DNA of 64,000 nt. Origin: Nitrospirota bacterium. Lineage in GTDB: Bacteria > Nitrospirota > Thermodesulfovibrionia > SZUA-242. Both the position numbers and the translations under genes were made by a program. The notes beneath the pieces were generated by a model. It saw only the letters and a program-made list of their open reading frames with translations, did not search any database and was not told where the DNA came from. Each line of letters begins with the position of its first letter. The stretch's first letter is position 1. Shown here one piece after another: positions 18,411 through 26,378 of the stretch. The stretch spans positions 4,577 through 68,576 of the forward strand of contig QJVM01000155.1 in NCBI GenBank assembly GCA_003235715.1. Reading direction: 5' to 3'.

Positions 18411-18958
18411 TTTCTCAGCAGACCAGGGTAATCCTCGTGGACGTCTTTCTTGTTTCCATCATGTACGAAGAGCCCGTTGTCATCAAAACCCGTAATTACC
18501 AGAAAGTGTCCCTGCCGCACGATCCAGAATCCTTCGTCCACGAGCAAGAGAACCGGGCGTCCCCCCCGGATTTCCTCCCGGACCGCTTCAAGGTCCAGAG
18601 CGCCCTGCTGCACGTTGTAGCCTTGATTCTTGGCAAACAGGTAAAGGTCCAGGGTCAGCGTTCCCCGGGCCTCGGAAGAGAAGACCGCCTCTGAGACGGC
18701 CTCCGGGGTGACCGGGTTTCCCCAGAAATTCAGAATGGAAGCTAGGGCCGCCGGGCCACATTGGTGGGCCGTCTGCTGGTGAAATGGAACCTTCAACAGG
18801 GTGAGGGAGGACTCCACGACTCCCGCAAAGGTCGGAGAGAGCACCAGAAATAATAGAAAACCGAAGAAACCTCTTTTCCGGCCACACCCCCGAAAAAACG
18901 CCGGGGCCCATAGGCCCCGGCCCGGTAAGAATTTCCGGGGTTGCAGGCCCCCGCACAT
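18356..18958 (-). CDS. C39-like (papain-fold) cysteine peptidase domain protein
   Basis: The motif QQTAHQCGPAALASILNFWG (Cys in a Q-C-G-P context) plus downstream His/Asp blocks (VITGFDDNGLFVHDG) match C39-like peptidase domains. The start is uncertain because a terminator-like hairpin lies 40 nt inside the ATG-18958 reading frame. Confidence 0.65.
   Translation of the reverse strand: MCGGLQPRKFLPGRGLWAPAFFRGCGRKRGFFGFLLFLVLSPTFAGVVESSLTLLKVPFHQQTAHQCGPAALASILNFWGNPVTPEAVSEAVFSSEARGTLTLDLYLFAKNQGYNVQQGALDLEAVREEIRGGRPVLLLVDEGFWIVRQGHFLVITGFDDNGLFVHDGNKKDVHEDYPGLLRKWERTGRWGMFLSPGEGR
18891..18920 (-). terminator. intrinsic-terminator-like hairpin (8-bp GC stem, 4-nt loop, T6) between the secretin/small-protein genes and the C39/TPR genes
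   Basis: On the - strand: ccggggcc-tatg-ggccccgg followed by cgttttttc. + strand coordinates 18901-18920 with the A-run at 18893-18898. Confidence 0.4.
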
Positions 18959-18963
18959 CGTCC

Positions 18964-19368
18964 CTACTCGATAATGACCTTATGCCCCGTAAGCTGGAGC
19001 AGGATGACCACCAGAATGGCAATGACCAGGATGGCGATGACCGCCCCAAGTGCCCCGTCGCCCCCCTTTTGAAGCAGGTCGAAGTTCGTGGCCATCTCAT
19101 GCAAGGTTGCGTCGTCGAGCTGGGCCAGGCGTTCCTCGACCTCGGCAGGGTTCAGGCCCAGGTCCTCCATCCTTTCCGTAACCACACGCGTTTCCAGGGC
19201 CTGCCTGATGCGCTCGAGGCTATCGCTCCGATCCGTTCCCTCGTCGCTGTAGAGCGTGGCAGAGGGGACAAATCCCGCAAACACATCGCCCGGAAAAGAG
19301 CCCACGATAAAAAGGGCTAGGGCAAGATACGAACCCATCAGGCGAAAATAAACTTTATCTCTGGCCAT
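18964..19368 (-). CDS. small bitopic membrane protein (N-terminal signal/TM, acidic middle, C-terminal TM)
   Basis: 134 aa. The N-terminus LMGSYLALALFIVGSFPGDVFA and the C-terminus GALGAVIAILVIAILVVILLQL are both hydrophobic. It sits 23 nt downstream of the secretin gene, and its stop is 5 nt before the C39 ATG. Confidence 0.5.
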   Translation of the reverse strand: MARDKVYFRLMGSYLALALFIVGSFPGDVFAGFVPSATLYSDEGTDRSDSLERIRQALETRVVTERMEDLGLNPAEVEERLAQLDDATLHEMATNFDLLQKGGDGALGAVIAILVIAILVVILLQLTGHKVIIE

Positions 19369-19391
19369 CTTCTTACCTCCTCCCGGTGAAA

Positions 19392-21347
19392 CTAGATATC
19401 TTCATGGTCAATGCGCTTTCGAATCAGGCGCACACGGTTGCGGTACTCTTCAGTGATAGCATCCGCTTCCTCGGAACCGGTCACGATATGAGGGGTCACT
19501 ATGATGAGGAGTTCCGTCCTGTCGCTCTTATCACTCGTCACGCCGAACAGGGCTCCCAGGTAAGGAATATCCGACAGGAAGGGGACCCCGCTGTGTGTCT
19601 TGTTCGCCACCTCCGAAATCAGTCCTCCGATGACCAGCGTATGGCCATCCTCGACAATCGCGGTCGTCTTGGCCTTGCGCGTATTGAAGACCGGGGAATT
19701 AATGCCCTCCACAAGAGCGTCGGCCACCGTGCTGATCTCCTGGGAAATCTTCAGGGTTACCATGTTCTTGGCATTGATCTGGGGCGTAACCTCGAGAATG
19801 GTTCCGGTGGTCCGATACTGGATCTGGCCCACCGTGGAGCCGGTGCTTGTATCCGTGGTCAGGTTGCCCGTGGCGGTGGGAACATCCCTACCCACCTCGA
19901 TCCGTGCCTCCTTCGAGTCGGTCGCAAGGATGGTCGGGCTCGAAAGAACCTTGAGCTGGTCTCTCTGGGCGTACAACCTAAGAAGAGCAGAAAACCGGCC
20001 TGCATCGAGAACCGCTGCAAAGGCCCCCGAGGAAGGAATAACCATTTCATTGACACTATCGATGCCACCCTGAACCATTCCTGTCGCCACATCCACCACG
20101 CGCCCCCCGACCTTGGCCGTATCCCTGAGAAGCCATTCGAGTCCGTACTCCTCTGCATCCGTCAGCGTCACTTCGGCCACCATCACGTCGATCAGGACCT
20201 GGCGCCTCGGCGTATCGAGTTTCTTCAGAGCGTCCACGATGGCCAGGTATTCCTTGGGCGTGGATTTGATGATAATGGCATTGATGTCCTCATAGGCCGT
20301 GATCACGACCTCCCCAAACGTCTCGCCGGATATTGTCGTGGGCGTCGTTGTTTCAGGCGTGGTCGTCTTTGCGGCCGCCTGTCGGGTGGCCAGGGCCCGA
20401 CGTCGTGCGGCCGCAAGCTGGGCCGCCCTGGAGGCGGCAGCGGTGGCGGCCGGCGTTGGCCTCTCCCCTGTGGTATCCGCGAAAATCTGCTTCAGAATCT
20501 CCACCAGAGACTTGGCCTCTCCATGCTCCACGTAATAGACAAACGTCCGGATGCCCTCGGATTCGGTCTCGGCCACATCGACGGCTTCCAAAATCTTCAT
20601 CAGGCGTCTCAGTGCATTGGGCCGGGCCGTAATGATGAGGAGATTTGTCGGCTCGTAAACCACGAGGTCCGCGCCACGGGGCAGGAGGTTCCGGAGTATC
20701 CCGGCCGCATCCGCCGCCTTCACGTTCTCGACCACCACGATCTGGGTCACAAACCCTGAATCGAGCTTCATCTCGATTTCCTTCCCCTTGCCAACCCCAA
20801 GCGGCATCCCCTTGGCCTGATCAATGGGAAGAATCGTGTAAAAGTGACCCTCCTGCACGGCGGTGAGATTGTTCATCTCGAGTATCGCCTGAAACACCGT
20901 AAAGAGGTCCTCGACCGGAAACTTGCTGTTGGACTGGATGGTGACGCTACCCGAGATGCCGGGCCCCAAAATGTAATTGATGCCCAGGATATCGCCCACG
21001 GTCTCGATGACCGTGTTGATATCGGCATTCTCGAAGTTCAGAATGATGTTCTTGGTGTCATCCGTCTCCTCTGTCGTGACCCTTCGCCGCCTCCGAGCCT
21101 CCTCCTGTTCAGCGGCCTGCCGGGCCGCCTCCTGCTCAGCAAGAAAAGGCTCGGGCAGCGCTTCCTCCGCAGCGGGCTCCCGCGAGGGCTCCTCGGCCGC
21201 CGGTTGAACGATAACGGGCTCGACCGCCTCCTTCGTGGAGGCACACCCTCCGGCCATGACCAGCCATGACAACGCCACAACCAGCAGGGCGAGAGCCGGC
21301 AGACGCCTATTGCTCAGTTCCATAAGAATTGGTCCTTGTTCTATCAT
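19392..21347 (-). CDS. gspD: secretin, type II secretion system GspD family (lipidated N-terminus)
   Basis: 651 aa with signal peptide plus lipobox (LVMAGGCAS), N0/N1-type domains (NIILNFENADINTVIETVGDILGINYIL), a Thr/Pro linker and a secretin C-domain (VPFLSDIPYLGALFG...ELLIIVTPHIV). Confidence 0.85.
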   Translation of the reverse strand: MIEQGPILMELSNRRLPALALLVVALSWLVMAGGCASTKEAVEPVIVQPAAEEPSREPAAEEALPEPFLAEQEAARQAAEQEEARRRRRVTTEETDDTKNIILNFENADINTVIETVGDILGINYILGPGISGSVTIQSNSKFPVEDLFTVFQAILEMNNLTAVQEGHFYTILPIDQAKGMPLGVGKGKEIEMKLDSGFVTQIVVVENVKAADAAGILRNLLPRGADLVVYEPTNLLIITARPNALRRLMKILEAVDVAETESEGIRTFVYYVEHGEAKSLVEILKQIFADTTGERPTPAATAAASRAAQLAAARRRALATRQAAAKTTTPETTTPTTISGETFGEVVITAYEDINAIIIKSTPKEYLAIVDALKKLDTPRRQVLIDVMVAEVTLTDAEEYGLEWLLRDTAKVGGRVVDVATGMVQGGIDSVNEMVIPSSGAFAAVLDAGRFSALLRLYAQRDQLKVLSSPTILATDSKEARIEVGRDVPTATGNLTTDTSTGSTVGQIQYRTTGTILEVTPQINAKNMVTLKISQEISTVADALVEGINSPVFNTRKAKTTAIVEDGHTLVIGGLISEVANKTHSGVPFLSDIPYLGALFGVTSDKSDRTELLIIVTPHIVTGSEEADAITEEYRNRVRLIRKRIDHEDI

Positions 21348-21898
21348 CGCCGGCGACGACTGGCGGGCCGGGAAGCTGGCTCCGCCGGTTCAGGCGTCTG
21401 GCCTCGAAGCTTGAGGTCCACGGGTTCACCCTTCCAGGTGAGCCGGGCCTCGAGAATCCCGATCTCCACCACTTCAAAGTTATCGAACATGTCTCCCACC
21501 CGGTAGGGCTGGGACCTCTCGTTATCCACCGAAATCAGGGCAATGCGCTCCCCGGACGGGTCCTCCAGAACCCCCTTGAGCATCACCGCCGGCATGGGCT
21601 CCGGAGGTGGGGGCGGTTCCTCCGGCATAACCACGACAGGTTCCACCGGCGGAGGCGGCGGGGGGGCCTTCACCACGCCGGTTCGGGTCGGGTGAAACAG
21701 GTTCCTTTCGAAAATATCCTTCCCCCCCGTGGCCCTGTACTCCGTGTCCGGCAGACCTCCAACAGACCGGGTGGCCGTCCCGACCGAACCGGCCGCATCA
21801 GCCACCGGATCGTACCCGGTCAGAATGGCCCGCACCGTAAACAAAGAATAGAGGAGAAGGCCCAACAAGACAAGCTCAAGTGCAACTTTACGTATCAT
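21344..21898 (-). CDS. GspC/PilP-like secretin-interacting protein (TM + poly-Pro + HR-type beta domain, no PDZ)
   Basis: 184 aa with an N-terminal TM (LELVLLGLLLYSLFTV), PPPPPP runs, and a C-terminal domain (VMLKGVLEDPSGERIALISVDNERSQPYRVGDMFDNFEVVEIG) resembling GspC-HR/PilP. It is overlap-coupled to gspD and to the gspM-like gene. Confidence 0.5.
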   Translation of the reverse strand: MIRKVALELVLLGLLLYSLFTVRAILTGYDPVADAAGSVGTATRSVGGLPDTEYRATGGKDIFERNLFHPTRTGVVKAPPPPPPVEPVVVMPEEPPPPPEPMPAVMLKGVLEDPSGERIALISVDNERSQPYRVGDMFDNFEVVEIGILEARLTWKGEPVDLKLRGQTPEPAEPASRPASRRRR

Positions 21899-22428
21899 AA
21901 CCGCATTATCCCGTGCACGGCAATTTTTATGTTCAGCGTTTCCGGGTCACGAACATTGGCCACAGAAACAGTAAGTTTGCTCACGTAAAGCCCCAGCCTT
22001 GACCGTTCAACCTTCCGGACAAAGTCTCTCAGGGAGGCTATTCTACCCCTGAACTCGAAGAGGAGCGGAACCTGGACAAAGTCCCCCCGTTCCAGAGGGG
22101 GCATGGGCTTCACCGTCTGAAGACTGAGACCCACGCCCTCAGCCATATCGCTCACCACCCGCTGCAGTTCAGCCGAGGCCAGCGCCGGTCCGGGGCTCGT
22201 CATAAACCGTTCCTCATACGATCTCAGTTCGTCATCGAGATCGGCCGCGAGACTCCCTAAGCCGTCGAACTGTTCGGACATGGACCGGTACTTGACGAGG
22301 AGCCGGTACCGGCTGAACAGTTCATCCTGCACGTTGACGTCATCGCTCCCAGGCCCGGCCACCAGGAGGTAGCCGATCACCACAACGCCCAAGGCCATCA
22401 CGAGAATCTTTCTTTTACTGACCTTCAT
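21895..22428 (-). CDS. GspM/PilO-like inner-membrane T2SS assembly protein
   Basis: Start at internal ATG 22428 (MKVSKRKILVMALGVVVIGYLLVA). It is bitopic with a ~150-aa periplasmic domain; the call rests on position between the gspL-like and gspC-like genes. Confidence 0.5.
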   Translation of the reverse strand: MKVSKRKILVMALGVVVIGYLLVAGPGSDDVNVQDELFSRYRLLVKYRSMSEQFDGLGSLAADLDDELRSYEERFMTSPGPALASAELQRVVSDMAEGVGLSLQTVKPMPPLERGDFVQVPLLFEFRGRIASLRDFVRKVERSRLGLYVSKLTVSVANVRDPETLNIKIAVHGIMRL

Positions 22429-23722
22429 GGCTGACCTGTTCCCAATACATTCGGATCGAAAAATGTTCTCCCATGGGCTGGACGATGACCGGGCCGGCCA
22501 TTTCCGCTCCAACAAACTGGTCCGATTCCTCCAGAAGTGCCAGGATTTCAGAGGAACGCGAGGAATAGCCGTCTATTTCGATCTTGCCCTTCTCGTCCAT
22601 ATCAAAGTTCACGAGCCACGTGTCCCGGGGCAGAATCCGGCTCAACTCCCCAAGAGCCACAAAAGGCCGATTCCGGTCAGCAAAGAACGGCCGGAGCACT
22701 TTAAGCGACCGGATCACGTTCTCGCGCTCCTTCAGCGGGCCCGAAGCCGAGTCAACGTTCTGGCGGAGCGTATTGAGTTCCTGGGTAACTTCGGCAAGCG
22801 CCCTCTCGTCGATTCGGGATTTCACCGTGACCTGAAAATAGAACGCGACCACCAGGAGACTCATGAGAAGCCCCAGAATAATATTGTGAGGATTCCGCTT
22901 GGTTCGGAAGGATTCCGGAAGAAGGTTCAGGAGGAAACTCCCCCGCGGGGTTTTCGTCCCGTCTCCTGGAAGCGTTTCTGCGACTTTTACGTTAATCCCC
23001 CTCAAGCTCGAGGCCGCCGTCCTGATCCCGGACTCGTTCCTTCCGTAAAACCAGACTTCCCTGCACCGGTGAAGCTCAGCCTCCCTTTCGATGGACTTCG
23101 CAATCATCACGGGATGGAGGTCCGGGTCAGGCGGAAGTTCGAGCGCTTTCAGATCCAGGGGTCTTCCGCCCTTGATCACGGCGAGGTCCGCCGTATCCTC
23201 CCCCATCCCCACCGAAAGAACGTCCGGGCCTGTCGCCTGCAGGGCATGGAACCGAAGGGCGCCCAGTTCAACGGAACGCACCACAATCTCCGCAGCCTGA
23301 AGGGCCTCGAGAAAGGGCGTGAGAAAGGAACGGGGGACTCCGGCTGCAAGGGCTTTGACCCCCTTTGCCCCGGACTCCAGAAAAGAGTAGGCCCAGTAGA
23401 AATTGTCCAGCGAAACCGGAAGCTTGCGCTCAAACTCAAAGGGGAGGGCCTTGCGGGCATCCGCGATCTTCATGGGCGGAAGTTCCAGAAGCGAAACCAC
23501 CGTCCGGTCAAGGGGCAACTCCAGAAGGACCCACTCCACCTTGCGTTCCTTGAGAAATCCGGTAAGCAGAAGGGGCGCCGGCTTATCTCCGGCCGCCTCA
23601 CCGCCCTGTTCCGGCCGGATGACTCCTCTTCCGCGGTCAGGCGCCCCCAGGGCTTCCTTGTCCGTCAGAACATAGGGAAACGCCGCCCCATCCAGCCTGA
23701 CGATGGCCCCTCGCTTAGACAT
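22415..23722 (-). CDS. GspL-like T2SS protein (cytoplasmic actin-like domain + TM + periplasmic domain)
   Basis: Start at ATG 23722 (MSKRGAIVRLDGAAF). It has a ~240-aa cytoplasmic part, a single TM (NIILGLLMSLLVVAFYFQV) and a ~140-aa periplasmic domain, matching GspL (or a PilM+PilN-like) architecture. Confidence 0.6.
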   Translation of the reverse strand: MSKRGAIVRLDGAAFPYVLTDKEALGAPDRGRGVIRPEQGGEAAGDKPAPLLLTGFLKERKVEWVLLELPLDRTVVSLLELPPMKIADARKALPFEFERKLPVSLDNFYWAYSFLESGAKGVKALAAGVPRSFLTPFLEALQAAEIVVRSVELGALRFHALQATGPDVLSVGMGEDTADLAVIKGGRPLDLKALELPPDPDLHPVMIAKSIEREAELHRCREVWFYGRNESGIRTAASSLRGINVKVAETLPGDGTKTPRGSFLLNLLPESFRTKRNPHNIILGLLMSLLVVAFYFQVTVKSRIDERALAEVTQELNTLRQNVDSASGPLKERENVIRSLKVLRPFFADRNRPFVALGELSRILPRDTWLVNFDMDEKGKIEIDGYSSRSSEILALLEESDQFVGAEMAGPVIVQPMGEHFSIRMYWEQVSHEGQ

Positions 23723-24671
23723 CGTCCCTCCACTGGAGCACGCGAACCTTGTAACCCGCCCCGTGGGGTTCCCGGCGAACAAAGGCCTCCAGGGATCTCG
23801 TATACTCTGTCCCCGCCGGTTTGGCGGAAGCCGCGATCCGGAAGCAATCCGAAGCCGTGGCGGTTATCCCCACTTTCCGGGCCGAGGCGGGGACCACCAG
23901 CACGGGGCCATTGGCCCGTTGCAGGAGGATGCTTTCGATATCGGTGTAGGGGACGCCGAGCAGGCTCATGGTTTCCGCCGAAACGGTATTCACGTTCATG
24001 CCGGTCTGAGGACAAATGCTCAGATGCCCGTAAATCCCCGTCAGTTCCCGCTCTGGATTTCCGAAGAGCACGTCGATGTCCATTCCCTTGACCATGAGAA
24101 GTTCGTCAATCGTGCTGAAAGGACCGTTCTTGGCCACGTACCCTTCGGACTCATAATGGTCTGTCTCGGCGCCGTTCAAAAGCCTCTCGTCATCCGGATC
24201 CCGCCAGTCCAGTATCGAATCGGCCAATTCATCGGCAGCTTTATCCTCCACACCACTTCGGAGGAGGAGGTCCATGATGGCATTGCGGGAAGCCGTATTG
24301 AGGTTCAGTTTGGCACTCTCATCGTTGATCCGGACGTCCACGGTTCCAAAATCCAGTTCCCGGTGCCCCTCAAAGGCTTCCCCCTCGGTTTCAACCACCA
24401 GTCGGCCTTCAGGGTCCTCGAAATCCACGCTCCGGTCGGGGTCGTTCATCAGAAACCGGACCGCATCTTCGTAAGCCGCAACAGCTTCATAATAGGCTTC
24501 GGCATCCTCCTTGAAATTGCGCACGCTGGTCAGCCCGGTTCGCATGCTGAGGGCAAAGGTCGCGCCGATAATCGCAAGCAACACCACGACCCAGAGGGTC
24601 ATCAGAAGGGCGATCCCTCTCGGTGTTCCCGCCACCCGCGACCATAAGGAATGGGTGCCCTTTGGGCTCAT
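23715..24671 (-). CDS. gspK: T2SS minor pseudopilin GspK-like
   Basis: 318 aa. The N-terminus RGIALLMTLWVVVLLAIIGATFA is the GspK-type pseudopilin segment, and the large periplasmic domain contains a GspK-like helix-hairpin-helix region (NLNTAS...LL). Confidence 0.65.
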   Translation of the reverse strand: MSPKGTHSLWSRVAGTPRGIALLMTLWVVVLLAIIGATFALSMRTGLTSVRNFKEDAEAYYEAVAAYEDAVRFLMNDPDRSVDFEDPEGRLVVETEGEAFEGHRELDFGTVDVRINDESAKLNLNTASRNAIMDLLLRSGVEDKAADELADSILDWRDPDDERLLNGAETDHYESEGYVAKNGPFSTIDELLMVKGMDIDVLFGNPERELTGIYGHLSICPQTGMNVNTVSAETMSLLGVPYTDIESILLQRANGPVLVVPASARKVGITATASDCFRIAASAKPAGTEYTRSLEAFVRREPHGAGYKVRVLQWRDDV

Positions 24672-24686
24672 CGCGTCCTTCGGGGC

Positions 24687-26369
24687 CTAGGTGACCCGAA
24701 GGACCTCCTCCAACGTGGTGATACCTTCATAAGCCTTGTTGAGACCATCCTCGTACAGGGTTTTCATTCCCTGTTCCATCGCATAGGTCCGGATCCGGTT
24801 TGATGTGGCATTCTCCATGATCAGAAGCCGCAGGTTGTCATCCACCCGGAGAAACTCATAGATCCCTATTCTCCCCCTGTATCCCGAGCCGTTGCATTCC
24901 GGACAGCCGGCCCCCCGGTGAAGCACCTCGACTTTCCGGCCAAAGATCTGGTCCGCATCCTTGCCCGGTTCATAAGGAGTGCGGCAGGAACCGCAAATTC
25001 TTCGTACCAGGCGCTGCGCCATAACCCCAACGAGGGTCGAGGATACAAGAAAATTCTCTACGCCCATGTCCAAAAGACGCGTGATCGCCCCCGGGGCGTC
25101 GTTGGTATGCAGCGTGCTGAAGAGGAAATGACCGGTCAAGGCGGAATGAACCGCGATCCCCGCCGTCTCGAGATCTCGGATTTCGCCGACCATGATGATG
25201 TCCGGGTCCTGCCGAACGATGTGCCGGAGTCCGGTGGCAAAGGACAGACCGATCTTGGGGCGCACCTGGATCTGGTTGATACCCGACATCTGGTATTCGA
25301 CGGGTTCTTCGATGGTAATGATCTTCTTGTCCGGTGAGTTCAGTTTGTCCAGGGAGGCATACAGCGTCGTCGTCTTGCCGCTTCCGGTCGGTCCCGTAAT
25401 CAGGAACATGCCGTAGGGAAGTTCGATAAGCTCTTCGTAATGTCTCTTGAGATCGCCGCTGAACCCGAGGTCCTCGAGTGAATAAAAGGCCGAAGACTTG
25501 TCAAGCACACGCATGACCACGCTCTCGCCATGAACCGTGGGAAGGGTGGAGACGCGGAGGTCCACTTCCCGCCCTCCGTAGACCCCCTTGATCCGTCCAT
25601 CCTGGGGCAGTCGCCTCTCGGCAATGTTCATCTGGGCCATGAGTTTCACGCGAGACGACAAAGCCGCCTGCATGCGTTTGGGAAAGGTCTGAGATTCATG
25701 AAGGATACCGTCAATCCGATACCGAACCCGGAAGACCCCCTCAAACGGTTCCAGGTGAATGTCGCTGCACCGGTCATTGACCGCATTCTCGATGATCACA
25801 TTGACCAGTTGAATGATGCCCCTGTCCTGGGCCAGGTCCTTGAGCTGGCTGACCTCGCCCGACTCCGGAATCGGACCTCCCGTTCGATCCTCTTCCTCCT
25901 CTTCCTCCACCACGTCCATGATTCGCTTCATAACGGCCCCGCGGGAACCGTAGAGCGATTCAAGAGAGTCCAGGATGTCTTCTTCAAGCCCGACAAATAT
26001 CTCCAGCCGGCGGCCAAGGGACGTCTTCAGGTTGCTGAGGGCCACACGATTCCCGGGGTCGGCCACCACCACCGTGAACACGTCGGCCGTCATCTTCACA
26101 GGAAAGATTCGATTCTCCCTCAGGAAGTCAAAGGAAATGGGATGGTCCACGAACGCGTCCTTCGGAAACTTCTCGGAAGTGAGGTACGGATACCCTGTAT
26201 GACGACTGATGGCCTTGAGAAGGTCTTCCTTGGACAGCCCGAACTCAAGAAGAATCTCGCCCACCCGCCGCGGAGGTTCCTCGGTTTGCTGGATTTCCAG
26301 CACATGGTCGACCTGCTCTCGCGAAGCGAGACCCAGTTCCACCAGAATGTCACCAAAATGGGTCGCCAA
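24687..26369 (-). CDS. gspE: T2SS/T4P-family secretion ATPase GspE (N-terminal GSPII_E_N/MshEN domain)
   Basis: 560 aa with Walker A (GPTGSGKTTTLYA), Asp and His boxes, a tetra-Cys Zn motif (CGSC...CPEC) and an MshEN-type N-domain (ILVELGLASREQVDHVLEIQQ). Confidence 0.9.
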   Translation of the reverse strand: MATHFGDILVELGLASREQVDHVLEIQQTEEPPRRVGEILLEFGLSKEDLLKAISRHTGYPYLTSEKFPKDAFVDHPISFDFLRENRIFPVKMTADVFTVVVADPGNRVALSNLKTSLGRRLEIFVGLEEDILDSLESLYGSRGAVMKRIMDVVEEEEEEDRTGGPIPESGEVSQLKDLAQDRGIIQLVNVIIENAVNDRCSDIHLEPFEGVFRVRYRIDGILHESQTFPKRMQAALSSRVKLMAQMNIAERRLPQDGRIKGVYGGREVDLRVSTLPTVHGESVVMRVLDKSSAFYSLEDLGFSGDLKRHYEELIELPYGMFLITGPTGSGKTTTLYASLDKLNSPDKKIITIEEPVEYQMSGINQIQVRPKIGLSFATGLRHIVRQDPDIIMVGEIRDLETAGIAVHSALTGHFLFSTLHTNDAPGAITRLLDMGVENFLVSSTLVGVMAQRLVRRICGSCRTPYEPGKDADQIFGRKVEVLHRGAGCPECNGSGYRGRIGIYEFLRVDDNLRLLIMENATSNRIRTYAMEQGMKTLYEDGLNKAYEGITTLEEVLRVT

Positions 26370-26378
26370 CTCGACTCC

